The translations under genes were made by a program, and so were the position numbers. From positions 1 to 64,000 of the forward strand of contig CAVUZH010000023.1 in the NCBI GenBank assembly GCA_963745835.1: a stretch of DNA of 64,000 nt, given 5' to 3'. Below the pieces are notes generated by a model. That model saw only the letters and a list, made by a program, of their open reading frames with translations, did not search any database and was not told the origin of the DNA. This DNA comes from an uncultured delta proteobacterium (GTDB lineage: Bacteria > Desulfobacterota > Binatia > UBA9968). Positions 53,354 through 62,709 of the stretch are shown in pieces. The stretch's first letter is position 1; every line of letters starts with the position of its first letter.

Positions 53354-53433
53354 TGGAGTGATGGAGTGTTGGAGAAATGGAGTAATGGTGCCGAAACCTC
53401 AATACTCCAGCACTCCACTACTCCAGTACTTCA
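53354..53433. repeat. Palindromic octamer tandem-repeat element
   Basis: tggagtga-tggagtgt-tggagaaa-tggagtaa ... atactcca-gcactcca-ctactcca-gtacttca. Confidence 0.85.
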
Positions 53434-53457
53434 GGCTGGGTTAGGCTAGGAGGAATC

Positions 53458-54258
53458 ATGGCTGAGCCAATGGGATTTTACACCGACACGACGGTCTGCA
53501 TCGGCTGCAAAGCGTGCGAGGTGGCCTGCAAAGAATGGAACCAGCTCCCCAGCACCAACGGCGGCTTGAATACGCTTGAGCGGCGACAGCTACGACAACA
53601 CGCGCCAGCCTCGACGGCATCCACTGGCGCCACGTGAAATTCATCGAGCAGTTCACCGAAGACCGCAAGGACGGCCGCTGGCTGCTGATGAGCGACGTGT
53701 GCAAGCACTGCGTGCACGCCGCTTGCCTCGAAGTTTGCCCGACGGGCGCGATCATGCGCACCGAGTTCGACACGGTGGTCATTCAATCCGATGCGTGCAA
53801 CGGCTGCCGGGATTGCATCTCGGCCTGTCCGTTCGGCGTCATCGATATCAACCCGGCTTCGGGACTCGCCCAGAAGTGCACGCTTTGCTACGACCGGCTG
53901 CAGAGTCGGCATGGAGCCGGCCTGCTCGAAAGCTTGCCCGACCGATTCGATTCAGTTCGGCACGATCAGGAGCTGCGCGGAGAGCGCGAGCAAGCGCGTC
54001 GCAGCAACTGCACGAGACCGGCGAGAAGCGCGCCTATCTCTACGGCGCCGACGAGAAGATGCTTGGCGGGCTCAACTCGTTTTACCTGCTGGTGGATAAA
54101 CCGGAAGTCTACGGCTTGCCGCCGGATCCGAAGATGCCGACGCGCAATCTGGCTTCCGGTCGCTCTTTTCCATGCTGGGCGCCGTTTTGGTCGGCTTGAT
54201 CGGCATTTTTAATTTCCGCAATCGCGGCGCGCGCGCGCGCGAGGAGACCCGGCCATGA
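53458..54258 (+). CDS. fdnH: Formate dehydrogenase Fe-S beta subunit (several indels)
   Basis: MAEPMGFYTDTTVCIGCKACEVAC, CKHC..AACLEVCP, CNGCRDCISACP, KCTLCYDR, ACSKACP. Confidence 0.88.
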
Positions 54259-55163
54259 ATGGCATTCCCTCGAGCACCTACTTTACCGCTGCCGCCCGAT
54301 TGGGGTTGGCTGATCGTTTTTTATTTCTTTTTCGGCGGTCTGGCCGGCGGCTGTTACTTTCTCGCCGTGTTGATCGATTTTTTCGGCAGGCCCGAAGATC
54401 GCCCGCTGGCGCGGCTCGGCTATCTCATCTCGTTTCCCTGTCTCATCATAAGCGGCATCCTCTTGACCGTTGATCTACACCGGCCGGAACGCTTCTGGCA
54501 CATGCTGATCGAGTCCAACACCTTCCAGCCGATGTTCAAGTACTGGTCGCCGATGTCGCTGGGCTCTTGGGCGCTTACTGATATTCGGGTTATTTTCATT
54601 TCTATCTTTTCTCGGCGCGCTGGCTGATAGCGGCCGTGTCACATGGTCCGGAGCGCGCAGGCTACGCCCGCCGGGAACAATCGGCGGGATCATTTCGATC
54701 ATCGGCGGGCTCTTTGCTTTTTATGTTGCCGGTTACACCGGAGTTCTTCTCGCGGTGACCAACCGTCCTATTTGGTCCGATTCCCCACTTTTGGGGATGC
54801 TGTTTGTCGTCTCGGCGGCGTCGATCTCGGCGGCATTGATGATCTTGCTTGCCGAGCGCAACCGCTGGACCATGCCCGGCATCGCGGATTTGCACCGGAT
54901 GGACGTTTGGGTCCTCGCGCTGGAACTCATCGTCTTGATCGCGTTCTTGGTCTCGCTCGGGCCGGTTTTCCGCGCCTGGTTCAGTGCCTGGGGCCTGGTG
55001 CTGTTGCTCGGCGTTGTTGTCTTAGGAATGCTCGTGCCGCTATCGCTATCGTGGCGCAGGGATTGGCTCGGAGATCGCAATATGACCACCGGCGGCCGCG
55101 TTGGTGCTGGTCGGCGGCTTTTTGCTCCGGCTAGTGATCGTCTTTTCATCCGAAGGAATTTGA
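54255..55163 (+). CDS. NrfD/polysulfide reductase-type membrane anchor (indels)
   Basis: WGWLIVFYFFFGGLAGG, DLHRPERFWHM, SPMSLGSW, YTGVLL, NRPIW. Confidence 0.87.
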
Positions 55164-55165
55164 CG

Positions 55166-55400
55166 ATGAACGGCGTTTTGCGGATTGTTGTAACCGGATG
55201 TCCTGCTAATGCTCGGTTGCACAAGCCCGGAGACAACCCGCACCCGCGGCGGCGGTCCAGGCGCCGATGTCGGCAACAGAAAAGAAACCGTGCGCATGCA
55301 CGAAGGTGCTCGGCCCTTTGAGAACACGCCGAAGCTTATCCCCAGCAAACATCCGCCCTTAGAGCCCGCCAGCCAGGCGGATGAGATCAGCCGCAGATGA
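55166..55400 (+). CDS. Small putative lipoprotein in the fdh operon (indel)
   Basis: Hydrophobic leader plus LGC lipobox, then TSPETTRTRGGGPGADVGNR; stop overlaps the next ATG. Confidence 0.55.
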
Positions 55401-56286
55401 TAACTTTGTCAAATGATCGTCTGGGAGATCTTGGCCGTGAGTATCCCGGAGTGGCAGCCGTGGCTCACGGTTATCGAGCAAGTTCTGCGCGAAGCGACAG
55501 ATACCAAGTGGGAAGCGTTTGTTCCCGCGCCGGCGCAGTCACGAGAAAATAAAGTTCCACTGCTGGACGGCGCCGCGCTGGATCTGGAACCGGCAGCCGT
55601 TGGCCGCGTGGTCGCAGCGGCTGTTGCGCTCCGCCTATCGGAGCGGCGCGCCGAAGATGTCGACGCTCGATGGCGCCAAACAGGCCCGCTTGAATACCAT
55701 CGATCTATTCAAATCCTCGCTCTGCCAGAATGGCAAGTGGCTTAAGGAGACCGCGGTCGATCTTGGCGTGGACGCGGACGCGTTCCAAGCCGTTGCCGCG
55801 CTCGTGCCGGTCCCTTTCCTTCAAGCTTGCAACCGCCGATGGCAGCAATCGATAAGTGCAAGCTGGACGGAAGGATATTGTCCGGTGTGCGGCGCCTGGC
55901 CGGCTTTTGCCGAGGTGCGCGGGATCGAGCGCAGCCGCTACCTGCGCTGCGGCCGCTGCGGTGGAGGATGGCAGGCTCAGTGTTTGTCTTGCCCATACTG
56001 CGGCATGACGGACCATGAAGAGCTGGTCTCTCTCGTGCCGGAGAAAAACGGCTCAAATGCCGTGATCGATGCGTGCAAGCGCTGTCTCGGTTACGTCAAA
56101 ACTTTTACCACGCTTCAGGGCAGTCCGCCCGCCAAGGTCATGGTCGATGATCTCGCCAGCGTCGATCTCGATATCGCGGCGCTGGAGCAAGGGTACCGAC
56201 GTCCCGAGGGAGTGGGATACTCGCTCGATCTCGTCGTCGGAAGCAAGGCGATGCCAAAACAAACGACTTCTTGGTGGGGTCTATAA
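55397..56286 (+). CDS. fdhE: Formate dehydrogenase accessory protein FdhE (indels)
   Basis: CPVCG, RYLRCGRC, CPYCG, DACKRCLGYVK, DDLASVDLD. Confidence 0.88.
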
Positions 56287-56696
56287 CGTTGTCCGCCGAC
56301 GATCTCAAATCGGTTCGCCCCGCGGAGGTTTGCGGGGCTTTGCTCGCCGCGCTCGAAGCGGCCGAGGGACGCAGGCGAAGCCGCAAGCGCGACCAAACGC
56401 CGGACGCTATCGGGTTAGCGATCAAGCGGGAGCTGCTCGGGCGCGCCGTCCAAGAGGATCCAGATCCTGAAGCATTCGAAGAGTGGTTGCTTCAATGCGG
56501 TCTGACGTGCGCGCCGGAATCGGCCGGCGCCACAATGGCCATGGCGCGCGCTATTTTTGAAGAATGGCGCCTTACTCATTCAATGAATGATTTTAAATCC
56601 TGGCTCGAACAGGGCGCGCCATCCGATGATGCCAATGAAGGCTCTTCGTCCCGTCCAAGAAACCAACAACACGAATCCGCAAAAGGACGTCCCTGA
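56271..56696 (+). CDS. Hypothetical protein in the fdh operon
   Basis: ALEAAEGRRRSRKRDQTPDAIGL, DPDPEAFEEWL; coupled to fdhE. Confidence 0.65.
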   Translation: MVGSITLSADDLKSVRPAEVCGALLAALEAAEGRRRSRKRDQTPDAIGLAIKRELLGRAVQEDPDPEAFEEWLLQCGLTCAPESAGATMAMARAIFEEWRLTHSMNDFKSWLEQGAPSDDANEGSSSRPRNQQHESAKGRP

Positions 56697-57181
56697 TTGC
56701 CAAAAACCGCACCTCCAGACCTGCGCGAGAAAATATCGAGCGTCTTTACCCGCGTCGAGGATGTGACCTACGTCGGCCTCGGAGTGTTGCTGGCGGTCAG
56801 CGCGTTATTTCTTCTGCTTGCGGCGGCTTGGACTTTAGTCGAAGGTCTTTCTTTCTCCGGTCTTGCCAAAGATCTCACCGTCGAGGTGCGTCGATCAGAT
56901 TCTTCTGGTGCTGATGATCATCGAGATCCTTGTCTACCGTTCAGGTATCGTTTCGCGAGCATGTATTGACACCCGAGCCATTCTTAGTCGTCGGCTTGAT
57001 CGCCGCCATCCGGCGCATCCTCATCATCACCGCCGAATTTTCCAATCCGTCTGAAATCCTCGAAGCCGCTTTCCGTAACGCTATGTTCGAACTGGGTTTG
57101 TTGACCGTCTTGATATTTTCCCTGGTCTTTTCTCTGCACTTTCTCAAAAAGAATCGGGCGGCTACTGTCGAACGCGAGTGA
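56697..57181 (+). CDS. PsiE-like (phosphate-starvation-inducible) membrane protein (indels)
   Basis: DQILLVLMIIEIL, EPFLVVGLIAAIRRIL. Confidence 0.78.
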
Positions 57182-57562
57182 TTGTTCGCGGGTTTTCCGG
57201 TTCTGAGGTTTATTTTCAGTAATGTCAGTTGTTTCATCACTGCCGTTGTTAACAGCGCTTTCGTTCACTGACTGTCAGTCTCTTCTCCATTCTTGAAACT
57301 TGTTCAAATGATTATTTTGGGATACATACACCACCGAATCATCCGTCCATAGTGTAGCGCGAGGAAAGGGTTGGTTCTAAACAGAGGATTTTGAAATGAT
57401 CATTTTGGCGTTGGTGGTCTCAACTATTTTCTCTCGACTGCACTCGCCAAACTCCACAGCAACAATCTATTATGCCTAGAACTCGACTCTACAGGCACCC
57501 GATGATTGGAGTTTTCAAGAAATGATGATTGTCCAAGTCGGATGGCATAAATAAAGCGGGAG

Positions 57563-58462
57563 GTGTCTACGGCAAATCTTGGTTTTGTCGGACTCGGGGT
57601 GATGGGAAGCCGCATGGTAAAACGGCTGCTCGATGCCGGCCACTCGGTAACGGGATATAACCGAACCCGCGCCAAAGCCCAATGGCTTCTCGACACCGGG
57701 ATGAAGTGGGCCGAAACTCCGCGCGCCGTCGCAGACTCCGCTGACGTCGTTTTCTCAATGGTCTCCGATACTGCCGCACTGCAAGCGATCACCGCAGGAA
57801 CTCATGGCATCGTCGCCGGACTTGCCGCCGGCAAAATCTACATCGATATGAGCACGGTAAGCCCTGCTGCCAGCCGTGACATCGCCCAGCAGGTCGCTGC
57901 TAAAGGAGCGCATATGCTCGATGCGCCGGTTTCGGGCAGCGTCATTACCTTGGAAGAGGGCAAGCTATCGTTCATGGTCGGCGGCGATCGCGTCGCCTTT
58001 GAACAGGCGCAATCGATTCTCGAAGCGATCGGACCAAAGGTCACTTACGTCGGCGGCAATGGATTGGCAGTCTCCATGAAAATCGCCACTAATCTCAGCC
58101 TGGCCGTGCAAATGCTTGCCTTTAGCGAAGGAGTGCTGCTGGCCGAGAAGAGCGGCATTACACGGGAGACCGCCGTGGAAGTTCTGCTCAACAGCGTTAT
58201 CGCATCGCCGATGGTGAAATACCGCGGGCCGTTTGTCTTGAACATGCCCGAAGAAGCCTGGTTCGATGTGGACATGATGCAGAAGGATCTACTCCTCGCT
58301 TTAGAGATGGGTCTTAAGCTGGATGTGCCGCTGCCGACCACAGCGATTACCAATCAAATGCTCACGAGCGCGCGCGCCGCAGGGCTCGCCGAAAAAGATT
58401 TCGCGATATTGTTTGACGTGCTGTCGAAGATGGCAGGCGTGAAGAGTGGAGGAATGGAGTAA
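57563..58462 (+). CDS. NAD(P)-dependent beta-hydroxyacid dehydrogenase (3-hydroxyisobutyrate dehydrogenase family)
   Basis: GFVGLGVMG, IDMST, DAPVSG, MKIATN, QKDL. Confidence 0.9.
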   Translation: MSTANLGFVGLGVMGSRMVKRLLDAGHSVTGYNRTRAKAQWLLDTGMKWAETPRAVADSADVVFSMVSDTAALQAITAGTHGIVAGLAAGKIYIDMSTVSPAASRDIAQQVAAKGAHMLDAPVSGSVITLEEGKLSFMVGGDRVAFEQAQSILEAIGPKVTYVGGNGLAVSMKIATNLSLAVQMLAFSEGVLLAEKSGITRETAVEVLLNSVIASPMVKYRGPFVLNMPEEAWFDVDMMQKDLLLALEMGLKLDVPLPTTAITNQMLTSARAAGLAEKDFAILFDVLSKMAGVKSGGME

Positions 58463-58508
58463 CGGGTGACGGGAGATCTTTGCATCACTCCAACACTCCA
58501 TTACTCCA
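58447..58508. repeat. Palindromic octamer tandem-repeat element overlapping the upstream stop codon
   Basis: tggaggaa-tggagtaa ... tcactcca-acactcca-ttactcca. Confidence 0.75.
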
Positions 58509-58529
58509 AGGGCCTATGACGATACCCTG

Positions 58530-59538
58530 ATGGCGCGATCCAAAAAAGACAAAGTAAAGCCAGCAAAAAGCGCCGCGGCTCACGATGAACGCTGGATTCA
58601 TTTCTATCGGCAAATGGTGAAGATCCGTCGCTTCGAGGAAGAGGTCAATCAACTCTATCTCGGCGCCAAGATGCCCGGCCTTGCGCATTTGTATATCGGC
58701 CAGGAGGCGATCGCCGTGGGCGTTTGTGAAGCGCTGCGGCGCGACGACTATATAACCAGCACGCACCGTGGTCATGGCCACTGCTTAGCCAAGGGCGCCG
58801 CTGTGGACAAGATGTTTGCCGAACTGCTCGGCAAAGAGGCCGGATACTGCCGCGGCAAAGGTGGCTCCATGCACATTGCCGATCAAGAGACCGGCAACCT
58901 GGGCGCCAACGCAATCGTCGGCGGCAGCGCCGGCGATGGCCACCGGCGCGGGCCTATCGATAAAGATGCGCGGCACGGATCAAGTGGCGATCTGTTTTTT
59001 CGGCGACGGCGCTCTAGGACAAGGACTGCTTTACGAGGCGATGAACATGGCATCGCTGTGGAAACTGCCGGTCATCTACGTTTGCGAGAACAATCAATAC
59101 AACGAATATACCAATTATCGAGAGACCACCGCCGGCGAAGTATCGGCGCGCGCCGAAGCTTTTGGCATTCACAGCCAAACCATCGACGGTCAGGACGTGC
59201 GCATGGTGCACGCCACTAGCCTCGAACTAGTCAAGCGCGCCCGGCGCGGTGACGGGCCGGCATTCTTACACTGCAACACTTACCGTTTCCACGGTCACCA
59301 TGTCGGTGACATCGATCGCTCCTACTACCGATCTAAGAGGGAAGAAGAAGATTGGAAGACCCAGCGCGATCCGGTAATTCTCCTCGGGGACTGGCTACAG
59401 AAAAACAAATTGGCCGATAGTAACCTCTTACAAACAGTCGATAACGAAGTTTCGGAAGAGATCATCAGCGCGGTGAACTTCGCTTTGGCGGCTCCTTTTC
59501 CCGCGGCCGATGAGGTAGACCAGCATGTCTACGCGTGA
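58530..59538 (+). CDS. TPP-dependent dehydrogenase E1 alpha (AcoA/PdhA-like; indel near 58935)
   Basis: [26 protein letters not shown]...ENNQY, TYRFHGH. Confidence 0.92.
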
Positions 59539-59545
59539 GAAAGGA

Positions 59546-59980
59546 TAGGCAACAGGCAATGGGCAACAGGCATTAGGAGAACGTTCGAATAAAATTCTCA
59601 GCTACAAAGATCTTCTCGTTTGGCAGAAAAGCATGCGGCTTGTGGAAACCGGGTATCGTCTGAGCGTTCAGCTACCTGCAGCCGAGTAATGGGGTCTCAT
59701 TTCGCAAATGCGTCGTGCGGCCGTTTCAATTCCGTCAAATATCGCCGAAGGCTATGGCAGGCAAGCAACGGGAGAGTACCACCAGCATCTTTCCATCGGC
59801 CGTGGTTCGTTGCTGGAGTTAGAAACTCAGGTTCTTTTATGTCGAAGACTCGGCTATCTCGAGGGAAGCCGTGCCGAAGTCTTGCTGCGAGAAATTGAGC
59901 AAATAAGCAAAGTGCTAGGTTCTTTGATCGCTAAACTGCGCTGAACGAGCTATTGCCAAATGCCTGTTGTCTCTTGCCTA
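59546..59980. mobile_element. Heptamer-array-flanked cassette carrying a four-helix-bundle gene
   Basis: taggcaa-caggcaa-tgggcaa-caggcat at left; inverted ttgccaa-atgcctg-ttgtctc-ttgccta at right. Confidence 0.7.
59591..59944 (+). pseudogene. Four-helix-bundle (23S rRNA IVS-protein/bAvd-like) gene with premature stop and no clear start
   Basis: SYKDLLVWQKSM...E*WGLISQMRRAAVSIPSNIAEG...IGRGSLLELETQ; TAA at 59687-59689. Confidence 0.85.
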
Positions 59981-60963
59981 TGAAATCCCGCGAGATCACC
60001 TTCAGCCAAGCTATCAACGAGGCGCTATCCGAGGAGATGCGCCGCGACCCGACTGTATTTATCATCGGTGAAGATGTCGCTGAGGCTGGCACACCGTTCA
60101 AAGTATTATCGGGACTGGTCGGGGAATTCGGCACCCAGCGCGTGATCGACTCGCCGATCTCCGAAGCAGGCATCAGCGGTATCGGCGTTGGCGCCGCTAT
60201 GACTGGAATGCGGCCTGTGGTGGATATCATGTTCGGCGATTTCCTCACCTTGACGATGGATCAGCTGGTCAATCAGGCGGCGAAAATTCACTATATGTCC
60301 GGCGGCAAGCTTAAAGTGCCAATGGTGCTGCGAACGACTTTAGGCGCAACCCGCCGTTCAGCGGCGCAGCACAGCCAGAGCCTTCACGCCTGGGTGAGTC
60401 ATGTTCCCGGATTGAAAGTCGTCGTGCCGTCGACGCCCTACGATGCCAAGGGTCTGCTCAAAAGCGCCATCCGCGATGACAATCCGGTCGTGTTCTTCGA
60501 GGACAAAATGATGTACCAGCTGAAGGGGCCGGTCCCGGCCGAGGAATACACGATCCCGCTGGGAGTGGCTGATATCAAGCGCGCCGGCAACGATATCACG
60601 CTGGTGGCAACCAGCAGCATGGTGCACGTCGCCCTGGCGGCAGCAGCAGTATTGGCAAATGATGATATCAGCGCCGAAGTTATCGATGTCAGGACGACCG
60701 CGCCGCTGGACACAGACACACTTGTTCAATCGGCCAAAAAAACCAGCCGCGCCATCGTCATCGACGAAGGTTATGAGAACTACGGCGTCACGGCAGAAAT
60801 TGCTTCGGTGATCGCCGACGGCGCCTTCTACTATCTCGACGCGCCCGTCAAGCGCATGGGCGCCATGAATGTGCCGGTGCCGTTTTCGCCGGTGCTTGAA
60901 GATCAAACGGTGCCGACGCCGGAAAACGTTGCGAAATTGGCGCGAGTGTTGTGCGACAAATAA
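59980..60963 (+). CDS. TPP-dependent dehydrogenase E1 beta (AcoB/PdhB-like)
   Basis: IGEDV, DSPISE, AAQHSQ, PGLKVVVPSTPYDAKGLL. Confidence 0.94.
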   Translation: MKSREITFSQAINEALSEEMRRDPTVFIIGEDVAEAGTPFKVLSGLVGEFGTQRVIDSPISEAGISGIGVGAAMTGMRPVVDIMFGDFLTLTMDQLVNQAAKIHYMSGGKLKVPMVLRTTLGATRRSAAQHSQSLHAWVSHVPGLKVVVPSTPYDAKGLLKSAIRDDNPVVFFEDKMMYQLKGPVPAEEYTIPLGVADIKRAGNDITLVATSSMVHVALAAAAVLANDDISAEVIDVRTTAPLDTDTLVQSAKKTSRAIVIDEGYENYGVTAEIASVIADGAFYYLDAPVKRMGAMNVPVPFSPVLEDQTVPTPENVAKLARVLCDK

Positions 60964-61007
60964 TGGCCGAGTTTGGTATAGGCGACAGCAATGGTTACGT
61001 GGCAACG

Positions 61008-61105
61008 GTTCCAGCAGTTCCAAACGTTCCAGCGGTTCCACTCGTTCAAGGGCACGGATCGCTGTTGACATTTGAAACCATTGGAACGACTGGCACGATT
61101 GGAAC
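61008..61105. repeat. Palindromic nonamer tandem-repeat element
   Basis: gttccagca-gttccaaac-gttccagcg-gttccactc-gttcaag ... cattggaac-gactggcac-gattggaac. Confidence 0.85.
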
Positions 61106-61126
61106 GCTAAGGTTTGGAGATTACTC

Positions 61127-62443
61127 ATGGGGTTGAAAACCTTCGGCTTAATGGCCGTGGACTGGGAGGAGCGGGTCAATATCGAGCGGCTCCGGCAGGA
61201 GCGGCTGGCGCGGGTGAAAAATGCGCTGAAGAAATCCGAAATCGGCGCGCTGCTCTGTTTCGATATGAACAACATTCGCTATATCACCGCGACACACATC
61301 GGCACCTGGGCGATGGACAAGCTGGTGCGCTTCTCACTGTTGCCGCAGGATGACGAGCCGATTTTATGGGACTTCGGCTCCGCGGCTCGGCACCATCAAA
61401 TTTACTGCCCTTGGCTCGGCGAACGGTCGCGCGCCGGCATCTCGACCTTGCGCGGCGCAACTAATCCGGGCTCCGGATTGGCCGAAGACGTGGCGAAGAA
61501 AATCCGTCTCGAGCTGGAGAAGCGCCAGCTCTTGAATGAGCCGGTCGGAGTCGATGTTATCGAGATCCCGGTGCTGTTTGCCTTGCAGTCGCAGGGCATC
61601 AAGGTTGTCGATGGCCAGCAACTCATGCACGAAGTAAGAAAGATCAAAACTCAAGATGAAATAACCTTGCTCAATACCGCAACGATGATGGTGGATGCGG
61701 CTTACGACGAGCTTTATCGATTCATGAAGCCGGGAGTAAAGGAAAACGAATGCGTCGGAGTGGTGAGCAAGGTACTTTACGATCTCGGCTCCGAGCATGT
61801 TGAAGGGGTCAACGCGATCTCGGGAGAACGCTGCAGTCCGCATCCGCACGTCTACACCGATCGCGTGCTCCGGCCTGGTGATCCGGCCTTTTTCGACATT
61901 TTGCACAGCTTCAATGGTTACCGCACCTGCTACTATCGAACCTTCGCCGTAGGCAGCGCGTCCCCGGCAATGGTCGACGCCTACAAGCGCTGCCGCGACT
62001 ACATGGACGCGGCGATCAGCATCGTCAAGCCGGGAATCACCACCGCAGATGTCGTCAAGCTCTGGCCGAAGGCAGAGGAATTCGGCTTTGCCAACGAAGA
62101 GGCAGCCTTTGCGCTGCAGTACGGCCACGGGGTTGGCTTATCGATTTGGGAAAAACCAATTTTCAGCCGGCTCGTTTCATTGGACCATCCTGAGATCATC
62201 GAAGAAGGCATGGTGTTCGCTCTGGAAACCTATTGGCCGGCAAGCGATGGCTGGTCGGCAGCGCGTCTCGAAGAAGAAGTGGTGGTGACCAAAGACGGCT
62301 GCGAAATCATCACTCGATTTCCATCGGAGAAGCTGCTGGTTGCCGGCACGCACTACTTCACTGCCGGCGGAGAGTTGCCGACCACGCGGTACACGCAATC
62401 GGCATTGAATAACCCGGGCGCGTTGGAACGGGTCAAGGGCTAA
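61127..62443 (+). CDS. M24 (aminopeptidase P/creatinase fold) family protein
   Basis: KIKTQDEI, FFDI...GYRTCYYRT, YGHGVGL, ALETY, RLEEEVVVT. Confidence 0.88.
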   Translation: MGLKTFGLMAVDWEERVNIERLRQERLARVKNALKKSEIGALLCFDMNNIRYITATHIGTWAMDKLVRFSLLPQDDEPILWDFGSAARHHQIYCPWLGERSRAGISTLRGATNPGSGLAEDVAKKIRLELEKRQLLNEPVGVDVIEIPVLFALQSQGIKVVDGQQLMHEVRKIKTQDEITLLNTATMMVDAAYDELYRFMKPGVKENECVGVVSKVLYDLGSEHVEGVNAISGERCSPHPHVYTDRVLRPGDPAFFDILHSFNGYRTCYYRTFAVGSASPAMVDAYKRCRDYMDAAISIVKPGITTADVVKLWPKAEEFGFANEEAAFALQYGHGVGLSIWEKPIFSRLVSLDHPEIIEEGMVFALETYWPASDGWSAARLEEEVVVTKDGCEIITRFPSEKLLVAGTHYFTAGGELPTTRYTQSALNNPGALERVKG

Positions 62444-62568
62444 CAGGCTGCTGAAAAAGACTCATCTGCTTCGTTGCGCTTGACCGACTCGCTTCAACGT
62501 ACTGAAACGTACGGCTCAGCTCTTCGGACTTCGCGCGCCTGGCATCTGAGATCTTTTGAGCAGCCTGT
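62443..62568. mobile_element. MITE-like element with ACAGGCTGCT(G/C)AAAA terminal inverted repeats
   Basis: acaggctgctgaaaaaga / tcttttgagcagcctgt; about 126 bp, non-coding. Confidence 0.7.
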
Positions 62569-62640
62569 AAACGTACTTTTTAGGGATACCTGCGAGACTA
62601 GAGTCACTTTGAGTCTCGGATTTGAGATCTGAGTAGTTAC

Positions 62641-62677
62641 GATCGGAACCGGTGGAACAATTGGAACTACTGGAACG
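62641..62677. repeat. Nonamer repeat half-element (GGAAC every 9 nt)
   Basis: ggaac at 62645, 62654, 62663 and 62672. Confidence 0.7.
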
Positions 62678-62709
62678 GTCTTTCTTTCCGGACTGTTGAA
62701 CTAAATTTT

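Noticed and set aside
59591-59944. Diversity-generating retroelement suggested by the Avd-like gene
   Set aside because: No reverse transcriptase or template/variable repeat pair in the window
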